In this document: positions 16,961 through 25,991 of the stretch, piece after piece
Layout: each line of letters starts with the position of its first letter
Position numbering within the stretch: the stretch's first letter is position 1
Notes under the pieces: model-generated
What the model saw: only the letters and a program-made list of their open reading frames with translations
The model's database searches: none
Told to the model about the DNA's origin: nothing
Translations under genes and position numbers: made by a program
DNA from: an uncultured Candidatus Poseidoniales archaeon
GTDB lineage: Archaea; Thermoplasmatota; Poseidoniia; Poseidoniales; Thalassarchaeaceae
Reading direction: 5' to 3'
DNA length: 37,570 bases
Assembly: GCA_964342715.1 (NCBI GenBank)
Contig: CAYFGD010000002.1
Span: forward strand, 1 to 37,570

Positions 16961-19156
16961 ATGGGGCTCACCATGTTGGAAGAGGATTCTCGGCTCTCCG
17001 AAGCATCGAGAAGCAGGGGCACTGTCCACATTATTCCCATTTCCATAGTAATCCTGCTATTGATTTCGGTTAATCCGAGCCAGGCTTCTGATTTCGAGAG
17101 CAGTTGGGAAGTTGTGGAAAGCGGGACCTCTGAGGATCTTCTTACTGCCACTGAGAATGGAGGTGTGATTTGGGCATTCGGTACAGGAGGGGTGATGGTA
17201 CAAAGTGCTGACAATGGAATCACATGGGCCACCTTCGATTCACCCACTACAAGTGACATCCTAAACTCAGACTCGGGTTTTGGATCCTTGCTAGTGTCGG
17301 GGGAAAGCGGATTGATGCTGCTGATGAAGAGCGGCGATGAAAGTTGGACCGACATCTCCCTCCCAGCGGGCGCTAATGTGAACGGCATCTCGTTGACAAG
17401 TAGTGAAACCGCCGTGGCCGTGGGACCTCATGGCACTATTTGGAGCCTTGATGAAGGGGTTTGGACCGAAACTAACCTATCCATAGATAGCGATCTTCTG
17501 GAAGTTTCGTTCCTAGATGATAGTCTAGGAATTGTAGTCGGTTCCGATGGGACCATCCTATTTTCCGATGACGGAGGAGAGAGTTGGGAATATCGCGAGG
17601 CTCCTGAGGGAGCCGGGGACTCCGAAATTGTCTCGGTAGAGTTCTACAGTCCCACTAGAATATACGCCATTACGGATGATGGTAGAATTCTAATCTCAAT
17701 GAGTAATGTGGTAACAGGGACAGATGTAGGATACATTTGGACGCTCGTAGATTTTGAGAGGCATTATCCCGCTGGATCGAACGAATATGTGCTTGGCCCA
17801 AGCAGCCTTGATGTCGAGCTGACTTCGATCGAAGTAGTTACGACTTCGAAGTTTCTGATGACTGGAGAAGGCGGCTATATCTCAATGAGCATTAATGGAG
17901 GGACGATTGTTTCGCAACAGATTAACCCTCTTGGCAATAATAGTGATTTCAACGACGTTGTGATGCTGACCGGATTCATTGGAGTGGCAGTTGGCGACGG
18001 CGGGGAGATTCTGTGGACCGAGAACGCGGGTGCCGATGACCAATTAGGATTCGTCGTACCCGAGTATGGGAACTTCGGAGTCTTTGTTGACGAGACTAAG
18101 GATATGTTCCTGTCAGGATTTTTAGCGACGCTGAAAATTGTCGCATTCGGCATCATTCTAGGGTTCCTTCTAGGGGTTACCCTTGCAATGTGCAAAACAT
18201 CCCCGACATCACTCAGATACGTTGTGGAGCGTTACGAAACGAAGTATGTTAGGGTCGTAGGGGCTCCGATCCTAGCAGGGGGGATATACCTAATTTACAC
18301 GGCAATTCCGGGTGCCAGCGACCTGGGCTTGAATGGGATAGAGTACATCTTCCTTCCAGTTGGCGCGCCTATTTCTTTTGCCAAAATATTGCTGGGAATT
18401 GCAATGTTTTTCCTAGGAGCGCTTTTCCTGAGCAATGATGGGAATTTCTCTAAAGTTCGAGTTGGACCTTTTACTCTGAATCCATGGAGAGTTAGGCCAC
18501 TGAACGCAATAGCGACTGTTTACACGGACTTCTTCCGAAATACTCCGTTAATTGTTCAGTTCCTATTCATCCATTTCGGACTTCGTCTAGGGGCCCTGAT
18601 TCAGGATCCGGGGTTGGAAATTTTCAGCTTCGAAAATCTAGAAAATAACCATAACTTTCTGACTGACATTATTGCCGCATATGATCATTCTGAAGATAAT
18701 TATGGAACACTAATTGGCGGAGTACTGTATGACTCTGCATTCATCAGTGCTATATGCGCATTAGGATTCAATTCTGGTGCATACCAATGTGAAACCATCA
18801 GAGGGGCCATTCAGGCAATACCTTCGGCTCAGATGGAAGCGGGAAGGAGCATCGGGCTAACATACCTGCAAACGATGAGGCGCGTCATCATGCCCCAAGC
18901 GATTCGTATCTGCATCCCCCCGATGGGTAACGAGATGGTGAATCTAGTACTCAATTCGTCCCTTGCCATGATAATTGGGTATGCTGAGCTTACTAGGCAG
19001 GGCAAGTTAATTGTCGCGAGTACATTCCAGTACGCATATGCATGGGGAATGGTCCTGATATCTTATTTCGTAGTTACTTGGACTCTTGCCCTAATACTAA
19101 GGTGGCTAGAGGAAAAAACTAGAATTCCTGGTTTGGGGATCACTGGAGGTGACTAA
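16961..19156 (+). CDS. Fusion protein: extracellular Ycf48/BNR-like beta-propeller plus polar amino-acid ABC transporter permease (HisM/GlnP family)
   Basis: The N-terminus has a signal peptide and repeated Asp-box-like blades (SADNGITW, SDDGGESWE, MSINGGT, GDGGEILWTENAG). The C-terminus has permease hallmarks (TVYTDFFRNTPLIVQFLFIHFGL, GAYQCETIRGAIQAIPSAQMEAGRSIGL, RVIMPQAIRICIPPMGNEMVNLVLNSSLAMIIGYAELT). A TATA-like ACTATAT lies about 25 nt upstream of the ATG. Confidence 0.85.
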   Translation: MGLTMLEEDSRLSEASRSRGTVHIIPISIVILLLISVNPSQASDFESSWEVVESGTSEDLLTATENGGVIWAFGTGGVMVQSADNGITWATFDSPTTSDILNSDSGFGSLLVSGESGLMLLMKSGDESWTDISLPAGANVNGISLTSSETAVAVGPHGTIWSLDEGVWTETNLSIDSDLLEVSFLDDSLGIVVGSDGTILFSDDGGESWEYREAPEGAGDSEIVSVEFYSPTRIYAITDDGRILISMSNVVTGTDVGYIWTLVDFERHYPAGSNEYVLGPSSLDVELTSIEVVTTSKFLMTGEGGYISMSINGGTIVSQQINPLGNNSDFNDVVMLTGFIGVAVGDGGEILWTENAGADDQLGFVVPEYGNFGVFVDETKDMFLSGFLATLKIVAFGIILGFLLGVTLAMCKTSPTSLRYVVERYETKYVRVVGAPILAGGIYLIYTAIPGASDLGLNGIEYIFLPVGAPISFAKILLGIAMFFLGALFLSNDGNFSKVRVGPFTLNPWRVRPLNAIATVYTDFFRNTPLIVQFLFIHFGLRLGALIQDPGLEIFSFENLENNHNFLTDIIAAYDHSEDNYGTLIGGVLYDSAFISAICALGFNSGAYQCETIRGAIQAIPSAQMEAGRSIGLTYLQTMRRVIMPQAIRICIPPMGNEMVNLVLNSSLAMIIGYAELTRQGKLIVASTFQYAYAWGMVLISYFVVTWTLALILRWLEEKTRIPGLGITGGD

Positions 19157-19909
19157 ATGCCAGAAAAGGTACTCAATGTGGAAGATTTACACATGATATA
19201 CGCAGGTGGCGTGCATGCTGTCAGGGGGATTTCATTTGAAGTCAAACAGGGCGAGTCTGTAGCGATAATTGGCTCCTCCGGGAGTGGTAAATCAACTGTC
19301 CTGAGATGCATAAACCGTCTCATTGAACCAACCGACGGGAAGATTTTCTTGAATGGGGAGCAGGTAAACACGCCGCACACAGATGTAAACGACTTGCGGT
19401 CCAGAATAGGCATGGTTTTCCAGTCATTCGAGTTATTTGCGCATCTCAGAGTCCTTGACAACATAACACTGGGACTGAGGCATGTCAAAGGGATGAGCAA
19501 GAGTGACGCGGAAGATGAGGCGATTTCAGTTCTGGAGAGAGTCGACATGCTTGATCGGATTGATGCGTACCCGGGAAATCTTTCCGGCGGACAGAAACAG
19601 AGAGTTGCCATTGCTAGGGCTCTGGCCATGAAGCCGGAGGTTCTGCTCTTCGATGAACCTACCAGCGCCCTTGATCCCGAACTAATTGGGTCAGTATTGG
19701 AAACAATCCGTGGTCTCGCTGACGAAGGAATGACGATGGTAGTGGTGACACATGAGATTGGTTTTGCGAGAGACGTTGCTGATCGGATCATCTACATGGA
19801 TCAGGGAGCTGTGGCCGAAGAGGGGGCTTCCTCGATTATTAACAACCCTCAAACTGAGAGGCTCAAGAAGTTCCTCTCATCCCTGCATGAGGACGAGATA
19901 GTAGAGTAA
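19157..19909 (+). CDS. Polar amino-acid ABC transporter ATP-binding protein (GlnQ/HisP-like)
   Basis: It has Walker A (GSSGSGKST), Q-loop (MVFQSFELF), signature (LSGGQKQRVAIARAL), Walker B (LLFDEPTSALD) and H-loop (VVTHEIGFA). The start overlaps the context of the permease stop (TAAATG). Confidence 0.92.
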   Translation: MPEKVLNVEDLHMIYAGGVHAVRGISFEVKQGESVAIIGSSGSGKSTVLRCINRLIEPTDGKIFLNGEQVNTPHTDVNDLRSRIGMVFQSFELFAHLRVLDNITLGLRHVKGMSKSDAEDEAISVLERVDMLDRIDAYPGNLSGGQKQRVAIARALAMKPEVLLFDEPTSALDPELIGSVLETIRGLADEGMTMVVVTHEIGFARDVADRIIYMDQGAVAEEGASSIINNPQTERLKKFLSSLHEDEIVE

Positions 19910-19926
19910 AATGATGGACAACCGTC

Positions 19927-21387
<1,461 letters not shown>

Positions 21388-21405
21388 CTATTCTGAGTCT
21401 ATGAA

Positions 21406-22722
21406 TTAAGAGAAAATCATTCTTTCGGCGATTTCTGAGACCTTTTTCTCATAACCGGGAAGGGTCATAATGTATACAGCGGCCTGGCTGACCTGACGCA
21501 CTTTTAGGGCATCGGCTATCGGAGTGTGCTCCTTGAACCACCGGGTCTTTCCGTCGTCACCAATTATTCTGATGTCGACTTGAGCCATCCTCGGCTCGGC
21601 GAGAAGCAGCTTGATGTTGGGGACGTCGACAGCGACATACCCAGGCTGGAGTCCTGCCCTCTGTGCCATCTCATCTTCAAAGGATCTCCGTTTCTCGGCA
21701 TCGGATGCGAGTCCTGCCAGGAGTTCCACCTGGTCATCTGTCAATTCCTGTCTCCTTCTGCTAGAGCACACCTTCAGGAGTTGCCTGTACTTCAGCCTCC
21801 TAATCATATCCCTTGCATAGTCTCCGGCCCCATATAGCGCCTGCCAAATCTCTGCATCTACGCGTCTCTGGAGGTCAACAGAGTCGGGAAGCTGGTCAGC
21901 ACTCCGTTCTACGGCTCTTGAAAGCATGATCTCGGTAACCCTAGTGACCCTGTGAAAATACACGGCGCTATACATTAGGCCTCTAGCCATCAACATCCCC
22001 TCTAGTGCAGGGAGGCCCCCCTCCTCAACGGCAATGTCGCCCCCGTGCCTCTCGAGACACATGATTAGCCTTCGATAGTCAATGACCCCGTGATTCACCC
22101 CAGTAAAATGGGAATCCCTGAGGAGGTAGTCAATCTGATCACAATCGACTGGGCCATGAACTATGTGGGCCAGTGTGTTATCCTGCTCAACAAAGTTCGA
22201 ACGGCCTTCTGACCAGTCCATCAAATTCCTCTCTGAGCCCCTGGCATCTGGTCCCCTGATTAGGCCGGCAACCTCAGTGGGGTCTATCCCATGGCCCTCG
22301 AGAATGTCCGGAATTGATTTCCTATTGTTGATTGAGTTGACTTCCCCCTCTCTGAGCACATCATATTCGCCAGTGATGATTCCCTCGGTTATGGACATGT
22401 GATCCATGCCGCCTCTCTCGTGAAGAATGTGCTCAAGTGTGTGGGAATAGGGGCCGTGACCTACGTCGTGCAGCATTGCAGCTACTTGCACTACATCCTT
22501 CTCGGAGTCATCGAGAGACATTGAGTCAGCCATCATTCCAGCAACATGGGAAACACCGAGAGAGTGTTCGAAACGAGTGTGGTGGGCACCTGGGAAAACC
22601 AGATGCGCGAGCCCTAGCTGCTTGATATGACTGAGCTTGTTCATCTCGGGAGTCTTCAGCAGGTCTTTCCTGACGCCGTCGATCCTGAACTGGCCATGGA
22701 TTGCATCATTGATGGTCTTCAT
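21406..22722 (-). CDS. HD-domain phosphohydrolase, SAMHD1/dGTPase-like (COG1078)
   Basis: HTRFEHSLGVSHVAG...LHDVGHGPYSH...DCDQIDYLLRDSHFTGV are the classic HD metal-binding motifs of the dNTP triphosphohydrolase-like family. Confidence 0.8.
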   Translation of the reverse strand: MKTINDAIHGQFRIDGVRKDLLKTPEMNKLSHIKQLGLAHLVFPGAHHTRFEHSLGVSHVAGMMADSMSLDDSEKDVVQVAAMLHDVGHGPYSHTLEHILHERGGMDHMSITEGIITGEYDVLREGEVNSINNRKSIPDILEGHGIDPTEVAGLIRGPDARGSERNLMDWSEGRSNFVEQDNTLAHIVHGPVDCDQIDYLLRDSHFTGVNHGVIDYRRLIMCLERHGGDIAVEEGGLPALEGMLMARGLMYSAVYFHRVTRVTEIMLSRAVERSADQLPDSVDLQRRVDAEIWQALYGAGDYARDMIRRLKYRQLLKVCSSRRRQELTDDQVELLAGLASDAEKRRSFEDEMAQRAGLQPGYVAVDVPNIKLLLAEPRMAQVDIRIIGDDGKTRWFKEHTPIADALKVRQVSQAAVYIMTLPGYEKKVSEIAERMIFS

Positions 22723-22790
22723 ACCGTTCCCTGCGAGCCTCCGAGAGTATGCTTCCCCTTGAATGGCACTCTATCATGAATTTCAGAAAT

Positions 22791-22854
22791 ATTGTACAAT
22801 GGAAGGGTAGGTCATGCTCATTGTATTTCATATGCATTTCAATTGAGATACAAT
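22791..22854. promoter_or_regulatory. Candidate operator/promoter region: ATTGTA half-sites in inverted pairs around an AT-rich core
   Basis: There is a perfect 10-bp palindrome ATTGTACAAT at 22791-22800. ATTGTAT (22820-22826) and its inverse ATACAAT (22848-22854) flank TTCATATGCATTTCAATTGAG. The region lies in the 190-bp divergent spacer between the HD gene and the RHH regulator gene. Confidence 0.3.
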
Positions 22855-22912
22855 TAAGACCCCCTGCCTCTCTGTGCGGCTCGGAGGAAGCAAGTTGGCC
22901 GGCCACAGCCCA

Positions 22913-23263
22913 ATGGTCTCGCTCAGGATTCCGGAGGATCACCTCCTGGAATTGGACAGGCTAGTAGGCCTTGACGGGATGAGGAACAGATCTGATGTAA
23001 TCCGTTATGCTGTGAGGCAATATCTCTCCTCTGAGCATCAAGTTTCGGGAGAAAGGGTGCAAGTAGACCTAGGGCCTGATTTGAGTGCTAGGATTGGTGA
23101 CTTCTGCAAATTGCACGGAGAGAGCCCGGATGTTGTGCTTAGGCAGGCAGCCAGAGAGCACATCAGGAGGGTCGCGATAGAGGATGCCACGGTTGAGGAT
23201 CTGCTTGCTGCTCGAATGGATGCTCTCCGTGCAAGGTATGATGACGAATCAAACGCTATTTGA
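22913..23263 (+). CDS. Ribbon-helix-helix (CopG/Arc/MetJ-type) DNA-binding protein, apparently two tandem RHH units
   Basis: Unit 1 is MVSLRIPEDHLLELDRLV...NRSDVIRYAVRQYL. Unit 2 is RVQVDLGPDLSARIGDFCKLHGESPDVVLRQAAREHI. I prefer ATG 22913 over GTG 22874. Confidence 0.65.
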   Translation: MVSLRIPEDHLLELDRLVGLDGMRNRSDVIRYAVRQYLSSEHQVSGERVQVDLGPDLSARIGDFCKLHGESPDVVLRQAAREHIRRVAIEDATVEDLLAARMDALRARYDDESNAI

Positions 23264-23464
23264 GGCGAGGGAAAATGTGTGAGGACGGGATGCACAGAAC
23301 CAACGCGGGGGGGCGCTCTATGCGCCCTCTCGCACCAAATTTCGAGGGTCTCGTTGACCGAGCAAGGAAGGTAAGTTCAACGATGAGCGCCGAGGCCTAG
23401 ATCGAGTCATTCTCCGTAGTTTGAACCCAATCTTCTTGGTCGTTCTACTGGCAGGACCGTTTCC

Positions 23465-25486
23465 ATGACCACTTCCGATGGCCCGGATCTGGGAATTTAC
23501 CATGCCCATGAGAAAATGAGGGACTCCCAAATCGAGATGATCAGGGACGGAATAGACTCCCTACTATCGGGAGGGGCACTGCTGGCTGCCGCGCCCACGG
23601 GCATAGGCAAGACTGCGGCGTCCTTGGCTTCAGCATTGCATGTTGCAAATGAAAGGTCCCAAGAGGGTTTGAAGTCAAAGATTGTGTTCATGACAGGTAG
23701 ACAATCACAACATAGAATCGTTGTTGACACTGTCAGAATGATCAACAAGAGGCTCCCTCCGGGAACACCCAGAGTTAAGCTAGTCGACATAATTGGGCGA
23801 GAGTCGATGTGTGGACCTGTGGACAAATCTACCGGGAATTGTAACTGTGAGCAGGATGTCAACAAAGACGCCAGGAGTCGCAGAAGGGAGGAGATGAAGA
23901 GTTTGATTCTCTCAGATACTAGACATGTTGAATGGAGTATGAAGTATGGGAAACAAAGGAAGATTTGTTCATGGAAGGCTGCGAGAAGTGCTGCAAAGGT
24001 TTCCGACATCATAGTCTGCGACTACAACCACATATTCATCGAAAGCATTAGCTCATTATCGATGGAATCAATGGGCATACAGCTTAGTAATTCAATTCTG
24101 ATAGTTGATGAAGCGCACAACCTTCCCGATAGGATCAGAAATGGGCTAGAGGCCAGGATTACCAACAAGGTATTCCAAAGAGCGTTATTCGAAATACAGG
24201 AACATAGGGGGAATCTGGAAAAATTTGCTTCTCGGCATGATTTGGGGGAAGGAACTGATGTGACGGATGCAATTAGGCTTGAGGGGCAGATTAAGTCGCT
24301 CAGGGATCCGCTGAGAAAATGGTTTGAAGAGAAGGCTCATGAAAATGAGAATTCGGATTGGGACGACTTGAAAATCGAAACTAATGAATTTCTAGACATT
24401 ATTGGCGGAGCCTTGGAGGGAGCCAGTGTAGACTCAGGGTTTGACCACATAAGTCAGATTAGGCAGATGGCTCACCAACTGTTTGAAGTCAGGGTTGATC
24501 CTGACGAATCATTAGAGGACGAGGACGAGGAGACTGACTGTTTCAGGTTGGCTAGAATGTTTGAAATATGCATTCAATACAGAGACAGCGATGTACTATC
24601 ATTAGTCTTTGATAGTATTCTGGAAGACCCCCGGATAACTAGCCATTTGCTTGACCCTGGCGTAGTTGGTGGGCCGATTTTCGAAGAATGCGCGGGTTCC
24701 ATACTGATGTCAGGGACACTTTTCCCTCCCAAAATGTACTGCGACATCTTGGGAATTCCTAATGACATGTACAAAGGAGCTGAGTACAAATCTGGATTCC
24801 CCCCGGAAAATAGGCACGTTCTAATTGCAAGTGATGTAACAAGCAAGTATACTGAAAGGGACTCAAGTTTTGACCTAATATGCGACCATATTTCATCTGT
24901 ATTGGAAAATACCCCTGGAAATGTTGCAGTGTTCGCTCCGAGTTACTTGTTTATGGAAAGGATAGTCTCGGGAATCCAATATTTCTTCCAGAGGGACATC
25001 ATGAAGGAAGAAAGGGGAATGTCGAAACGCTCGGTCGATGGGATGGTCAACAGACTTTACGAGAAATCATCAATGGAGAGAAATTCTGTTATTTTCGGAG
25101 TTCTGAGCGGGAAGCTCTCGGAGGGAATAGACTACTCCGAAAACATCCTTGATGCTGTGGTATGCATTGGCCTCCCGTTGCCCCCGCCCAGTGCCAAGCA
25201 GGACGCACTGTTTGGATACTACACTAGCAGGTTCGGTAGGTCAAGGGCATGGAAGTATGCAAGTCTGCAGCCGGCTGTAAACAGCGTCCTACAGGCTCTC
25301 GGGAGACCCATAAGAAAGGCAGAAGATAGGGCTATAGTTGTACTTCTCGAGAAGAGGCTCCTGGAAGGCAGGAGCAGGGAGTGTATGCCTTCTTCAATGG
25401 ACTCACTGAGGACATCTAGTCCATCTAGAACAGGCAAGCATGTTGAGCGATTCTTCCGGATACCTAAATCAATGGGTTCATCTTAG
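23465..25486 (+). CDS. xpd: ATP-dependent DNA helicase, XPD/Rad3 family (SF2, 4Fe-4S cluster domain)
   Basis: It has Walker A (AAPTGIGKTAASL) and four Cys of the Fe-S domain (ESMC...GNCNC...KIC). It also has CDYNHIF, the DEAH box (IVDEAHNL) and C-terminal motifs (GKLSEGIDY, QALGRPIR). Confidence 0.88.
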   Translation: MTTSDGPDLGIYHAHEKMRDSQIEMIRDGIDSLLSGGALLAAAPTGIGKTAASLASALHVANERSQEGLKSKIVFMTGRQSQHRIVVDTVRMINKRLPPGTPRVKLVDIIGRESMCGPVDKSTGNCNCEQDVNKDARSRRREEMKSLILSDTRHVEWSMKYGKQRKICSWKAARSAAKVSDIIVCDYNHIFIESISSLSMESMGIQLSNSILIVDEAHNLPDRIRNGLEARITNKVFQRALFEIQEHRGNLEKFASRHDLGEGTDVTDAIRLEGQIKSLRDPLRKWFEEKAHENENSDWDDLKIETNEFLDIIGGALEGASVDSGFDHISQIRQMAHQLFEVRVDPDESLEDEDEETDCFRLARMFEICIQYRDSDVLSLVFDSILEDPRITSHLLDPGVVGGPIFEECAGSILMSGTLFPPKMYCDILGIPNDMYKGAEYKSGFPPENRHVLIASDVTSKYTERDSSFDLICDHISSVLENTPGNVAVFAPSYLFMERIVSGIQYFFQRDIMKEERGMSKRSVDGMVNRLYEKSSMERNSVIFGVLSGKLSEGIDYSENILDAVVCIGLPLPPPSAKQDALFGYYTSRFGRSRAWKYASLQPAVNSVLQALGRPIRKAEDRAIVVLLEKRLLEGRSRECMPSSMDSLRTSSPSRTGKHVERFFRIPKSMGSS

Positions 25487-25511
25487 TCGGGCCGTTGGAG
25501 GCAACGATAGC

Positions 25512-25991
25512 ATGACGTGGAGGAGAGTTGCAATTGCCGAGTCGGTCGATGCTGCTGTTAGGGAAAGTGAATCTCAGGGCACCAGAATGGGGCTCGATGT
25601 TACCGCATCGGAAGCACATTCACAGTTTCTCTCTGACCTGCCGCACATGTCCGAGGTCTCGAAGTCCCACGAGGAATTCATGGGACAGGTAGGAAATATG
25701 CCTGAATCAACTAGGATGGCGAACAGCGAAGTCACAACTATTGGCGAGATGGTTGCTGATCTAGGAGGGTCGATAGAGGGCGGGTACATGGAGATTCCAA
25801 TGCCTTCAGCTAATAGAAGTGGTATCTTCCTCGAGGTCATGGAAGGTGAGTCGGGCACCATAGCCCGAATTATCGCACCCAGCGGATTTGGGGGCTTTCT
25901 GAGGACATTCAGTCTTCCGACGGGGTCCTTCATCTCAGATGCAACATGGAACGGGCACACGTTGGGATTGTCCCTGGATGATCATTCCTGA
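25512..25991 (+). CDS. Hypothetical small acidic protein (C-terminal part weakly alpha-crystallin/Hsp20-like)
   Basis: ATG 25512 lies 25 nt after the XPD stop, while the ORF-track start 25440 would overlap XPD by 47 nt. The C-terminal segment IFLEVMEGESGTIARIIAPSGFGGFLRTFSLPTGSFISDATWNGHTLGLSL has a beta-rich ACD-like pattern. The function is not supported beyond that. Confidence 0.5.
   Translation: MTWRRVAIAESVDAAVRESESQGTRMGLDVTASEAHSQFLSDLPHMSEVSKSHEEFMGQVGNMPESTRMANSEVTTIGEMVADLGGSIEGGYMEIPMPSANRSGIFLEVMEGESGTIARIIAPSGFGGFLRTFSLPTGSFISDATWNGHTLGLSLDDHS

Noticed and set aside
19153-19791. 212-aa minus-strand ORF
   Set aside because: It is antisense to the ABC ATPase gene, which has unambiguous Walker A/B and signature motifs.
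23274-23399. 41-aa ATG-initiated ORF (MCEDGMHRTNAGG...) in the RHH-XPD spacer
   Set aside because: It is too short, has no motif and spans the GC-rich hairpin. I treat the region as non-coding.
23497-24012. 171-aa minus-strand ORF, and the 70-aa ORF at 23318-23530
   Set aside because: Both are antisense to, or overlap the start of, the XPD helicase gene. They are basic or low-complexity and have no motifs.
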